From: Hyaloraphidium curvatum SAG 235-1
Taxonomy: Eukaryota > Fungi > Monoblepharomycota
Length of the DNA stretch: 64,000 bases
Assembly (NCBI GenBank): GCA_025558095.1
Contig: JAIVFI010000043.1
Span: forward strand, 248,001-312,000
Reading direction: 5' to 3'
A program made the position numbers and the translations under genes. Of the stretch, positions 26,075 to 36,369 are shown in pieces; position 1 is the stretch's first letter, and every line of letters starts with the position of its first letter. The notes beneath the pieces were generated by a model, which did no database searches, was not told the DNA's origin, and saw only the letters and a program-made list of their open reading frames with translations.

Positions 26075-27682
26075 ATGATGAGGGCCGCATCGTTCCTCCG
26101 CGTGGCGGCTCCGGCGCGTTTCGCGGCCGTGGCGGCTCCCATGGCGTCGCTCCGTGCGGGGGCCGGGTCCCTGCCGCTCCGCGCGCCCGCCGGCGCTGCG
26201 GCGTCCCGGAGCGCGTCTTCGCTCCTCGGGCGGCCGGCGCGCATTGCTCCCGCCGCTCTCGGCCTGCAGCGGCGCGGGATGGCTGCGGAGGCGGCCGCCG
26301 CCGCGTTCGACATCTCAGGCGGCGAGCCCACGCTCACCGGCCTCGCCCTGCTGTTCCTGCTCTTCGCCATCGAGAAGATGACCCGCAAGGACCGCGCCGC
26401 CGCCGAAGAGAAGAAGGAAGCCGCCCCGGCCCCGGCCGCCAAGCCCGCCGCTGCCCCGCCGGCACAGGCAGAGTCTCCCACGCCGGCCGTGGTCCCGCTC
26501 ACCGCCGGGGACCTGCAAAAGCTGGACGCCAAGATCCAGCAGACGGCCAGGGACACCGCGGAAGACCTCGCGCAGCTGGCCGAGCAGAAGCGCGCCCAGC
26601 TCGCCGAGCGTGCCACGGAGCTCAAGCGCAAGGCCGACACCGACGCCGCCGCGGTCGTGGAGGCGCTCAAGGCCGCCGGCAAGGACGTCGACGAGCACGG
26701 ACGCAAGCTGCTCAAGGACGCCAAGGAGGCGGCCGGCTCGTTCGTCGCGAGCACCGGCGCCGCGGCCGACAAGGCGGTCGGTGCGGGCAAGGAAGCCGCC
26801 GGCAAGGCCAAGGTAGAGGGCGAGAAGCTGGCTGCAGCCGCGGCGGCGGCCATCCACACGGTGTCCGTCGAGGGCGACCGTCTGGCCAAGGAAGCCAAGG
26901 CCGCGGCCACGTCCGCCGCCGAGAAGCTGAGCAAGCAGGCCGAAGACGCCGCCGCCAAGAGCGCTGCCGCGGCCGCAGAAGCCCGCAAGAGCGCCGAGGC
27001 CGCCCTCGAGAAGGCCAAGGCCGACCTGCCCCACCCGGAGCACGACTTCCTGGAGCGCCTGGAAAAGGCCGCCGGCGCCCTTTCGGCCCTGAGGTTGGTT
27101 GTCGAGCGTGTTCACGTCTTGCTCATGCTGATCGGTTGCCGTATACAGCACCCAGATCGACCCTCTGCCCCACTTCTTCGCTTCCGCCGCCTGTTAGTTG
27201 CCGGGCTCGTCGCCGAAAGCCCGTTCTGTCGCTCACGTCACACCGCAGGCATCTCCGGAGGCCTGAACGCCCACTACGCCGGCAAGACGAGGGCCGGCCT
27301 CCTGCTCGGATCTGCGGGCGTCCTGTTCCTCGGCTCGGCTTCCCTCATCGGGTTCGGACCGGAGAAGAGCGTCAAGGAGATGACTCAGGGCTACGACCTC
27401 GGCACCGGTGGGTAGCCTTGCCGCTATCTTTCCTTCCATCCCATGCTGATGACTGTCTTTGGTAGCCGCCGCGGTGCTTCTCTGCGTCGCCACGCTCCCC
27501 AACATGTTCTCGAGCTCGGTGTTCACTCTGCTGACCGGTCTCGGCATCATTTCGCTGCCGGCCAACGCTGCCAAGAGGTGGGCTTCACTGATCCCGTTGC
27601 TGTCTGTCGCAAACTGATGTGCGCTTGTTCTAGCTACCAATGCCGCGGCGGCGAAGTCCACGAGCCCCGGTTCGTGGATTGA
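26075..27682 (+). CDS. Putative mitochondrial membrane protein: presequence, Ala/Lys/Glu-rich LEA-like coiled region, C-terminal TMEM14-like helices; 4 introns
   Basis: Arg/Ala/Ser-rich N-terminus without acidic residues, one hydrophobic segment, long AKE-rich repeats, then spliced exons giving about 4 short hydrophobic helices (..GYDLGT|AAAVLL..ANAAK|SYQCR). Confidence 0.6.
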
Positions 27683-27884
27683 GAGCCGGAGGACTTGTAT
27701 CAACCGCGGCGACGACATCCACGAGCTCAACTCGTGGATTGAGAGCGGGAACATCTGCATCACTGCTTCGGTGTACTTTCCCAGTGCAATTGGAGGCTGC
27801 TAGGAAGAAACGCGAGGAATCGAAGAGTTTGAGCTTCCCAGGGTCCACCGATCGATCGAGTCCCCCGCAACCCGCATCACCACG

Positions 27885-28860
27885 ATGGCCGCGACGCGCA
27901 TCTCGATGATGATGCGCGTTCCGGCGGTTTCGGCTGCCCGCACGCTCTTCAGGCCGTCGACCATGCCGGTCCGCGCGGCCCGCGAGACGCGTCTCTTCGT
28001 CTCCCAGGCGGCTCCGCGTCTCCCTGCCGCGGCGCCTCAGTTCGCGCGCGCCGGCGCCCGCCGCTTCACCACCGGCACGGCCGGCTACTCGTCCTCGTTC
28101 TGGGGCAAGGGTGGCGTCATGCTCGCGGGCGGCCTGTCGGTGTTCGGGGCCCAGGCGCTCATGAACCGGAGCGAGAAGAGCCCTCTCGGCCTCGCCGTGG
28201 TCGAGTGCGAGGCGGCTCCCGCTGCCGACGTCGATCAGCTCTTTGGCAGTAAGACCTGCCGAAGGAACGTGTTTTGGTCGCCGCTGACGGCGCTTCAGAG
28301 CAACCTTCGGCGACCGAAGGGCTGACAACTGTGCTCACGGTGCGTAATCAGCTTCCGCACCCTCGACGTGCTTCGTAGCTCACTGTGTGTTAGCTGGGAG
28401 GCTTCCTCGGATTCAGCACGGGCTACTTCTTCAAGAAGATCGGGAAGGTGCGAGAAGATCACTCTGCTGTCACGGAGCCTGAGCCCAAAATCCCCTCCTG
28501 AAGGTCGTATTGTTCTTCATTGGAGGTGCTTTCGTCTTCCTCCAATACCTTGTGCACAAGGAATTCATCAGAATCAATTGGTTTGTGGGATCCGGGGCTA
28601 TGATTCCTCAGCTCTGACGGATGTTGCAGGGATGCGGTGGGCGCGGGCTTCAACAAAAGGCTGGACCGCGACGCGGACGGCAAGGTCTCGGTCAGGGATG
28701 CCGGAACCGTGTTCGGATCGCTCATCAGGTGGCTTACGCACCGCGTGCCGTTCGCGGCTGGCTTCACGGTGAGGCGGGCGGGCCTGGTTGTGGAGCTGCC
28801 TCTCATCAAGGACTGTACCTCTTTCAGGCCGGATTCTACCTCGGCTTCCGCGCTGGCTAA
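27885..28860 (+). CDS. FUN14/FUNDC-family mitochondrial protein; 5 introns
   Basis: Spliced [18 protein letters not shown]|[26 protein letters not shown] and terminal GFT|AGFYLG match the FUN14 consensus. Confidence 0.88.
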
Positions 28861-29000
28861 AGAAGCTAGTTCCCATGCTCCTGTGTAAGGGCAAACGCGA
28901 CCGGATCGGACGGATCAGACGGGGAGGGAACAGCAGACACAGCGTGATGATCGGACCGGCTTCGGGCCGACACGAACACGATTCCGGCTTAGCTGCAGAC

Positions 29001-30445
29001 ATGAAGCAGGCGGTCCGTCCACTCAATCGTCTCATCTGGAGACCCGCGGCATCGCCGGCGGCCCTCAATGGTCGCCACGGCGCTGCGCGCGCGTTCTCGG
29101 CGACCCGACCGACGCTCCGGACCGACGACCTTTCTGGAATCCTGGTTGTCAGCATTGACCAGGCGGTTGCCGCGCCTTACTGCGCCATGAGGCTGGCAGA
29201 CATGGGTGCCCGCGTCATCAAGGTCGAGCGGCCGGACGGGGACTTTGCCCGGAAGTACGACAAGTTCGTCAAGGACCAGAGCGCCTGTACGTTCTCTTTC
29301 CCGCGCCGGTGATGGAAGGCAACATTGATGTTCATTGCCATCTTCTCTATGTCGGCGTCTTGCTCGCCTTGCCGTTGGATTCCTGGGTGCCGTCTCCCAG
29401 ACTTTCTCTGGCTCAACCGCGGGAAGGAGTCGATCGCGCTGGACTTCAAGAACCCTGACGACATGGCGGTCTTGAAAAACATGATCTCCAAAGCCGACGT
29501 CTTCATCCAAAACCTGGCCCCGGGCGCAACCAAACGGATGGGCTTGGGCTCGGCCGAGCTCCGGAAGCAGTTCCCGAGGCTCATAACCTGCGACATCTCG
29601 GGCTACGGGGAAGACGGCCCGTACCGCGATTTGAAGGCGTACGACATGCTGATCCAGGCGGAAACGGGTCTGGCGACCATCACGGTGGGCACCACCACAG
29701 ACTGGCTTCGACGACTGGCTCTGACACGAGGTTGCAGGGAGCGCCGGAGGGTGGCCCTGCCCGCGCCGGAATCTCGATCTGCGACATCAGCGCCGGAGTG
29801 ACGTCGCTCACTGCAATCTTGCAAGCCCTTTACGCCCGCGACGTGCGCACGGGCAAAGGGCGCGGGATCGAAGTCAGCCTGTTCCACTCGCTGGCGGACT
29901 GGATGAATGCTCCCTACCTCCAGTACGCTTACGGCGGGTACACGCCCGCGCGTGCCGGGCTCCACCACCCGACCATCGCGCCCTACGGCTCGTACGCCTG
30001 CGGCGACGGGAAGTCGGTGCTGATCGCGGTGCAGAACGAGCGCGAATGGGTGTCTCTGTGTTCGAATGTGTTCAAGCGACCGGAAATGGCGATAGACGAG
30101 CGGTTCAAGTCGATGGTCAACCGCGTTGCCAACCGGCCTGCGCTGGACGAGATCATCCTCGAGATCATGGCCTGGTTCCCGCGCGAGCACTGGTGCGCGG
30201 AGCTGGAGAAGGCCAAGATCGCTTATGGCCGTCTATCGTCGATGGAGGACTTGAAGAACCATCCGCAGGCGAAGTTCATGACCGTCAAGTCGACCGAGGG
30301 CAACGTGGAGGTCAAGATGATGACGCCCGGCGCCCTGCTCAAGGGCATCACTGAGGATGGCGCGGATGGGAAAGAGGTGTTGGACTTTGGGCCCGTTCCG
30401 GCGCTTAACGAGCACGGGGCCAAGATCAGGTCGGAGTTCTCGTAG
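29001..30445 (+). CDS. CoA-transferase family III (CaiB/BaiF), mitochondrial presequence; 2 introns
   Basis: [56 protein letters not shown], catalytic Asp in SICDISAG, and PALNEH. Confidence 0.93.
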
Positions 30446-30880
30446 ACGGAGACCGTGTATGTCGTGGAATCAGGTGTTCTTTGATTCCAAGACACACCAC
30501 CTTGCGGCCCCCCACTGGGCGTGCAGACTCGGCATTATGTGCTCCATTGCTGAGTCGCACGCGTTCTTTCGTTTGGCGGAGCTTTTGCATGGCCCGGGAT
30601 CGAAAGTTCCCCGAAGCACAGCCTCGCGGTTCATCCACGGGCGAACAGTCCAGGCGTCGGGGCTTGTGGCCGGTCGGCCATTCCGTGCGATCAACCGTGA
30701 TTAGGCCGGTCCGCGACGGGTTGAACCTTGAATTACGTCCCCGCTCGACGTCATCCGGCCTCGCAGCCTCGGGCGGGTTTTTCGTTTTGGGGGCCCAGCG
30801 CCGCAGCAGACCAAGGGCACGGAAGCGCGTTTCGGCGCCCTCGTTTCGGCGCCCCCGAATCCCAATCAGCGACCGGAGCG

Positions 30881-33800
30881 ATGAGCGCCGCCGCGTCCGC
30901 CGGGGCCGAAGTGGCCGTGGCGATGCCCGAACCGGCCGAGGCGCTCCAGATGACCGTCACGGCTGCCACCCTCGGCCGCAAGGATCCCTCAACCAGTACC
31001 ATAGCTCGCGTGCCCGAGGTCTTCGTCTCGCCGTCGATGCCCGCGCAGCCCAACACAGGCGACCCTGACGGAGCCGAAGAGACCGAGTTCGACAAGGAGG
31101 TGTGTTCGTTCCGCGGAGCTTCGGGAAGGGGATCCTCAATCCGTGTCCCCAGTTCGCGAAGCTGGACGAGGAGGAAAAGAAGCTCCTGAACACGGACCCA
31201 CGGATGGGCTTGTCATCTGTCGAGGCGCAGAGGAGGTTGCAGGTCTTCGGGCCGAACGAGCTCCCCGAGAAGAAGGTCGGCCGTGGCAGAAGCCGCCCGA
31301 TCCTGATCCCCCGTTCACCTTTACCGTTCCTGGGACAGATTCCCAAGTGGCGCCGCCTCCTATCGTACTTCATCGGCCCCCTCGCTTATCTTATCGAGGT
31401 TTGGCGCCGGGTCTGCGCGCCGTGGACCCGGATTGACATCGCCTGTCACCCGCCAGATTGCCGTTGTGCTGTCGGGCATTCTGCAGGACTGGGTCGACTT
31501 CGCTATCATTCTTTTCCTTCTCTTCGTCAAGTGGGCTCCTCGCGTGTCCAACCAGCGACGCGGAAGCTGACCACGTTCCTGGATCAGCGCCGCGATCGGC
31601 TACTTTGAGGAAGGCAAGGCCGAGTCCGCGCTCGACGCCCTCAAGAAGACGATTTCCAGCAAGTCGAAGGTCGTTCGGGACGGCAAGCAGATTGACGTGG
31701 ATGCCAACGAGCTGGTGCCGGGGGATGTCATCGTCGTCCGGATCGGCGACATTGTCCCGGCGGTCGGTGCCCTTACACCCTCGGTTCGAGTCGCTTCTCA
31801 TGTCATCCTGCCCCATTGCAGGACTGCGAGCTGCTCGGCATCGGCGCGAACGGCGAGCCCGTCAAGGAGGGCCTGCTGATTGACGAAGCTGCCCTTACCG
31901 GCGAGAGTCTGCCCAGCGAGAAGCACAAGGGGACCATCGCGTACTCCTCGTCCGTCTGCAAGCAGGGTCAGGTACGGCTCCTGGGTCACTTTCCGATCAG
32001 CTGCCGCTAACTCGTTTTCAGATGCTGTGCCTCGTCACAAAGACCGGAGCAAACACTTTCATCGGCCGGGCGGCGAAGCTAATCGCCGGCGTTGATCAAA
32101 TCGGAGAGTTTCAGAGGATTGTCACCACAATCGGCAACTTCCTGATCGGGGCCACGATCTTGCTGGCGACTATTTTGCTGATCGTGGAGCTCGCGGCGGA
32201 CAAGGCGCTCCTGATCCCGACTCTCCAGCTGGTTCTTGTTATCGTTATTGCAGCCGTGGGTGTTCTTCCACGTTATTCTGGAATTCGGCTCACAGAAGGT
32301 CATTCAGATTCCTGTCGGTCTTCCCACCGTGCTTTCCGTGACCCTGGCCGTTGGCGCCAGCCATTTGGCCGAGAAGAAGGTCGTCATCAAGCAGCTTCCG
32401 TCAATTGAAGAGCTTGCGAGCGTCGACATCCTGTGCTCGGACAAGACCGGCACCATCACGCTGAACAAGCTGACGGTCGACGAGCCGTGGCTCGTTCCGC
32501 CTCACACCGAGGAGGAGCTTATGCTCACGGCATACTTGTGCAGCGAAGTGGGAACACAGGATGCTATCGAGAAGGCCGTGGAGACGTTTGCGGTGGACAG
32601 GGTTCCTGCGCTGAAGAGCCGCCCCGAAGGCCAAACCGGTGTGCCTGGATTCAAGCAGCTGTCCTTTATTCCATTCAACCCTAAGACCAAGCAAGTTCCC
32701 CAACGCATCATTGTTTGCGGGAGCTAATGACGTGCCTAGGTACACCACCGCGGAAATCAAGGAGGAGGCTTCGGGCAAGACCTTCATCGCCGTCAAGGGT
32801 GCACCGCCGAATGTGATCAAGCTGGCCGGCGACCGTGCCGATGCGACTGCAGCCGTCGATGCCCTGGCCGCGCGCGGTCTCCGGGCGCTTGCAGTTGCTC
32901 GCTCCGATGACGGCGGCAAGAGCTACCAGCTGCTCGGGCTGATTTCGTTGCTCGACCCTCCGCGCGAAGATTCGGGACAGACCATCAAGGAGTGCCAGAA
33001 CCTTGGCGTGAACGTCAAGATGATCACTGGAGACCAGCAGATCATTGCCAAGGAGGTCGCAAAGCGGCTGGGCATGCACACCAACATCCTCGAGGCCGAC
33101 GTTCTGGACGAAGGAGACATCGCCGGTGAGTGAAGCATCGCTGTTCGCTATGGCATGCCTAAGTGTGTGTGTGTGTGCCAGATATGAAGCTCTACCGGAA
33201 GGTGGTGAAGGCTGACGGTTTCGCTCATGGTAAGCCCGTGCCAGGCTGGTGGACGACGACAGCTGACATGGGGTCTTAAAGTGATTCCCGAGCACAAGTA
33301 CAAGGTAGTCGCAGTTCTTCAAACGGGAGGGCACGTTGTTGCCATGGTACGTGTGCTTGTCGTGCTGTCGGTTGCGTGCCTGACCGATGTGTATTGCAGA
33401 CCGGCGATGGTGTCAACGACGCTCCCGCCCTCAAGAAGGCCAACATCGGCTTTGCTGTCGAAGGCTGCACCGAAGCTGCCCGTTCGGCTGCTCCTGTCGT
33501 CCTCCTTCACCCTGGGCTGTCGACCATCGTGGACGGTATCAAAATGGCGAGGCAGATCTTCCAGCGCATGCGATCCTACGCTCGTGAGTGTGTTTGCTAT
33601 GTCTTGGCTTGTAGTCTCTGAAGCGCCGTGGTCCGCAGTCTACCGTATCGCAGCATCGGTTCACATTCTCGTCTTCCTATTCATTTCCATCCTGGCTCTG
33701 GACTTTTCCATCCCCAGCTTGCTGGTCATCATTCTCGCTGTGCTCAACGATGCCGCGACGCTCGGGATTGCTTATGACAACACGTTGGTGGTGCGGCCAT

Positions 33801-34725
33801 ATCGCGTGTTGCCTGAACTAACCGGGCTCTCCCGCAGCACAATTTCGCCCCTTCCTGACAAGTGGCGCATTGGACAGCTATTTACTATGTCGTCAGCGAT
33901 CTCGGCCTACCTCGTCGTGACGAGCTTTGCCTTCTTTTTCGTGGCCCGCGGACCTTTGGGGCTCGGACAGACCGACGGGCGGCTGGGCACCGCAATGTGG
34001 CTCCAGATTTCCACCATCGAGCACTTCCTTTGCATGTCGACGCGCCTGCCCGGATGGATGTGGGAACTGAGGCCCTCTTTGATCTTCGTCGTGACCGTCT
34101 TTATCACGCTGCTGATCCCCTTCTTCATGAGGCAAGCCTCGTTCGCTTGGCACCGATCCGCTGATTCTGACCATTCTTCTATTCTAGTGTGTTCGGCACT
34201 CCTTCGATCACCCCCGCAATGTGAGGCAATCTTCGGCTTTGGTAATTCGAGTGCCTGACGTGGATTTCCTGTCGCAGCGGCTGGGGCTGGTCCTTCGGTA
34301 TCACTGGCTACTGTCTCGCTCTCCTGCTCGGAGTCGACGCCATTAAGGTCTACCTCTACCGCATTTGGCACCTTGAGCTCATTGCCAAGATCGCTCCTTT
34401 GCCCAAGAACCGCCAGCGCCTGGCGGAGCGCAGGGCTGCCATTGAGCAGCAGGCTCGTCTGGACAAAAACGTTCAGAAGGTTCGGAACGTCGTGCAGCAG
34501 GAGAAGGTCCTCCTTGCGCTCCGTCCCACGACGCCCAAGCCCGGCGTGGCTTCGGTCGCTGCGGCATCTGCCCCAGCGCAGGACAAAGCTGCTCCGGTAA
34601 CCCTGGGTGCCACTGAAGCTCCCGTGACCTTGGCAGCCCCTGACGCTGCCAACGCGGTGGATCAGGTGGTTGCGGCGGCAACGGAGCCCGCTCCGACCTT
34701 GCCCGAGATCGAGGTCGCCAAGTAG
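30881..34725 (+). CDS. PMA1: Plasma-membrane H+-ATPase (P-type IIIA); about 15 introns
   Basis: [68 protein letters not shown], and the M6 Asp in LNDAAT. Confidence 0.95.
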
Positions 34726-34900
34726 CCTTCAACTACGCCATAGAAACGTCTTTCGTCTTGTCATTATGAAAGCAAGTATAATTGCACTCGCCAGCATTTG
34801 CCAAACCTGCGTGCTGTGTGCGAAGTGAGTACTAGTAGGCGACGCCCTCTTTTGGGAGCGTCGGCGCCGGCCAAAGCGAACCGTATCGTCTCCCAGCACA

Positions 34901-36295
34901 ATGGCGGACGACAAGTGGCTAGAGGCCGCCATCCCCGCCATCAAATCGTTCTTGCGTGTTCACGTCGAAGCTGAACAGCAGCCCGGAGCGTCCATCGCGG
35001 TTGCGCTGCACGGACGCGTCGTCTTTGCCGAAGCCGTCGGATTCGCGGATCTGTCCTCCGGCGAGCCGCTCACGACGAAGCATGCTTTTCGGGTCGCGTC
35101 TCATTCGAAGAGCTTCGCTTCGGCGGCGATCGCCAAGCTCCGTGACATGAGCAAGCTGAACCTGGACACCCGGGCGGGAGACATTGTCCCCGAGCTGCAC
35201 CCCGACGTGGCCGCCGCGACGATCGAGCAGCTGCTGTCACACACGGCCGGGCTGATCCGCGATGGGCCGGATGCGGGGCAATGGTCCGATCTGCACGGGT
35301 TTCTGACCAAGGCGGAGCTCCTGAAGGACCTCGGCGCCAAGCCCATCATCGATTCGTCGCAGCGATTCAAATACAGCAACCACGGTTTCGGCCTCCTCGG
35401 CCTGATTGTCGAGAGTGTCACTGGCGAGAGCTTTAAGGACTGGACGGCGCGCGAGATCGTCGCCACCTTTGGCCTGAAGGAAACGGCTCCCGACTTCGCA
35501 ATGCTCCCCGCCGGCACCCCGTTCGCGCGGGGCCATACCGGGCGGCAGCTCCTCGGGCGGCGCCTCGTCGTCCCCGCAGACAATTCCGCCAACGCCATGG
35601 CTTCCGCCGGCGGCTTCTGCTCGACGCCGTCGGACCTCGCTAGATTCTTCTCCCAGCTCTCTCCCACGGCCGCTTCCTCGCCCTTTTCCGCCTCGACCCG
35701 ACGCCATCTCACCCGCCGCCTGTGGAAGCTCCCCCTGTCCTCGGGCGACGCCTTCTACGGCCTCGGCCTCTCGCACGGCAGCGCGGCCGGCTGGCAGCAC
35801 TTCGGGCACGGAGGCGCATTCCAAGGCACCCTCTCTCGGACCATGAGTTGCCCCGAGCCTGGAATCACCGTTTCGGCGGCAGTCAACTCGCTCGACGGCA
35901 AGCCGGACGAGCTATGCACGGGGGTGCTGTCGATCCTTGCCAGGTGCCGCAAGGGTGGCAAGGCCCAGTGGGAGGGCGCGGAGGATTGGGCGGGGACCTG
36001 GTGGTCCATCTGGAGAGCGGCGGAGCTGGTGCCGCTGGCAGGCGGGAAGATCGTCGTGGCGTCGCCGGCGGCCGCCGATCCCATGGACGAGGCGACCGAG
36101 ATCGAGGTCGACAACGGGGCGGGCGACGTCGGCAGGATCGTCGAGGCGGGAGGCTACGCGTCGTTCGGGGAGCCGGCCAGGTTGGTGAGGGACCAGGACG
36201 GCAAGGTCGTCGAGATGTGGCTCGGCGGCGGGCGCTACGTGAGGGAAGACAAGATGAAGGCGGAATTATTGGGCAAGTACAAGGCACAGGCATGA
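34901..36295 (+). CDS. Serine hydrolase of the beta-lactamase class C / D-Ala-D-Ala carboxypeptidase fold, intronless
   Basis: SxxK in FRVASHSKS, LLSHTAG, YxN in FKYSNHGF, SAGGF and HGG. Single 464-aa ORF. Confidence 0.92.
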   Translation: MADDKWLEAAIPAIKSFLRVHVEAEQQPGASIAVALHGRVVFAEAVGFADLSSGEPLTTKHAFRVASHSKSFASAAIAKLRDMSKLNLDTRAGDIVPELHPDVAAATIEQLLSHTAGLIRDGPDAGQWSDLHGFLTKAELLKDLGAKPIIDSSQRFKYSNHGFGLLGLIVESVTGESFKDWTAREIVATFGLKETAPDFAMLPAGTPFARGHTGRQLLGRRLVVPADNSANAMASAGGFCSTPSDLARFFSQLSPTAASSPFSASTRRHLTRRLWKLPLSSGDAFYGLGLSHGSAAGWQHFGHGGAFQGTLSRTMSCPEPGITVSAAVNSLDGKPDELCTGVLSILARCRKGGKAQWEGAEDWAGTWWSIWRAAELVPLAGGKIVVASPAAADPMDEATEIEVDNGAGDVGRIVEAGGYASFGEPARLVRDQDGKVVEMWLGGGRYVREDKMKAELLGKYKAQA

Positions 36296-36369
36296 GCGCA
36301 GCGTGGTGCAGTTCCGGGAGTTGATTCGAGGTGGTCAGAGCGATCGAGAGCAATGCAATAGAACACGTG

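Noticed and set aside
33163-33177. (GT)n microsatellite in an ATPase intron
   Set aside because: It is short and unremarkable.
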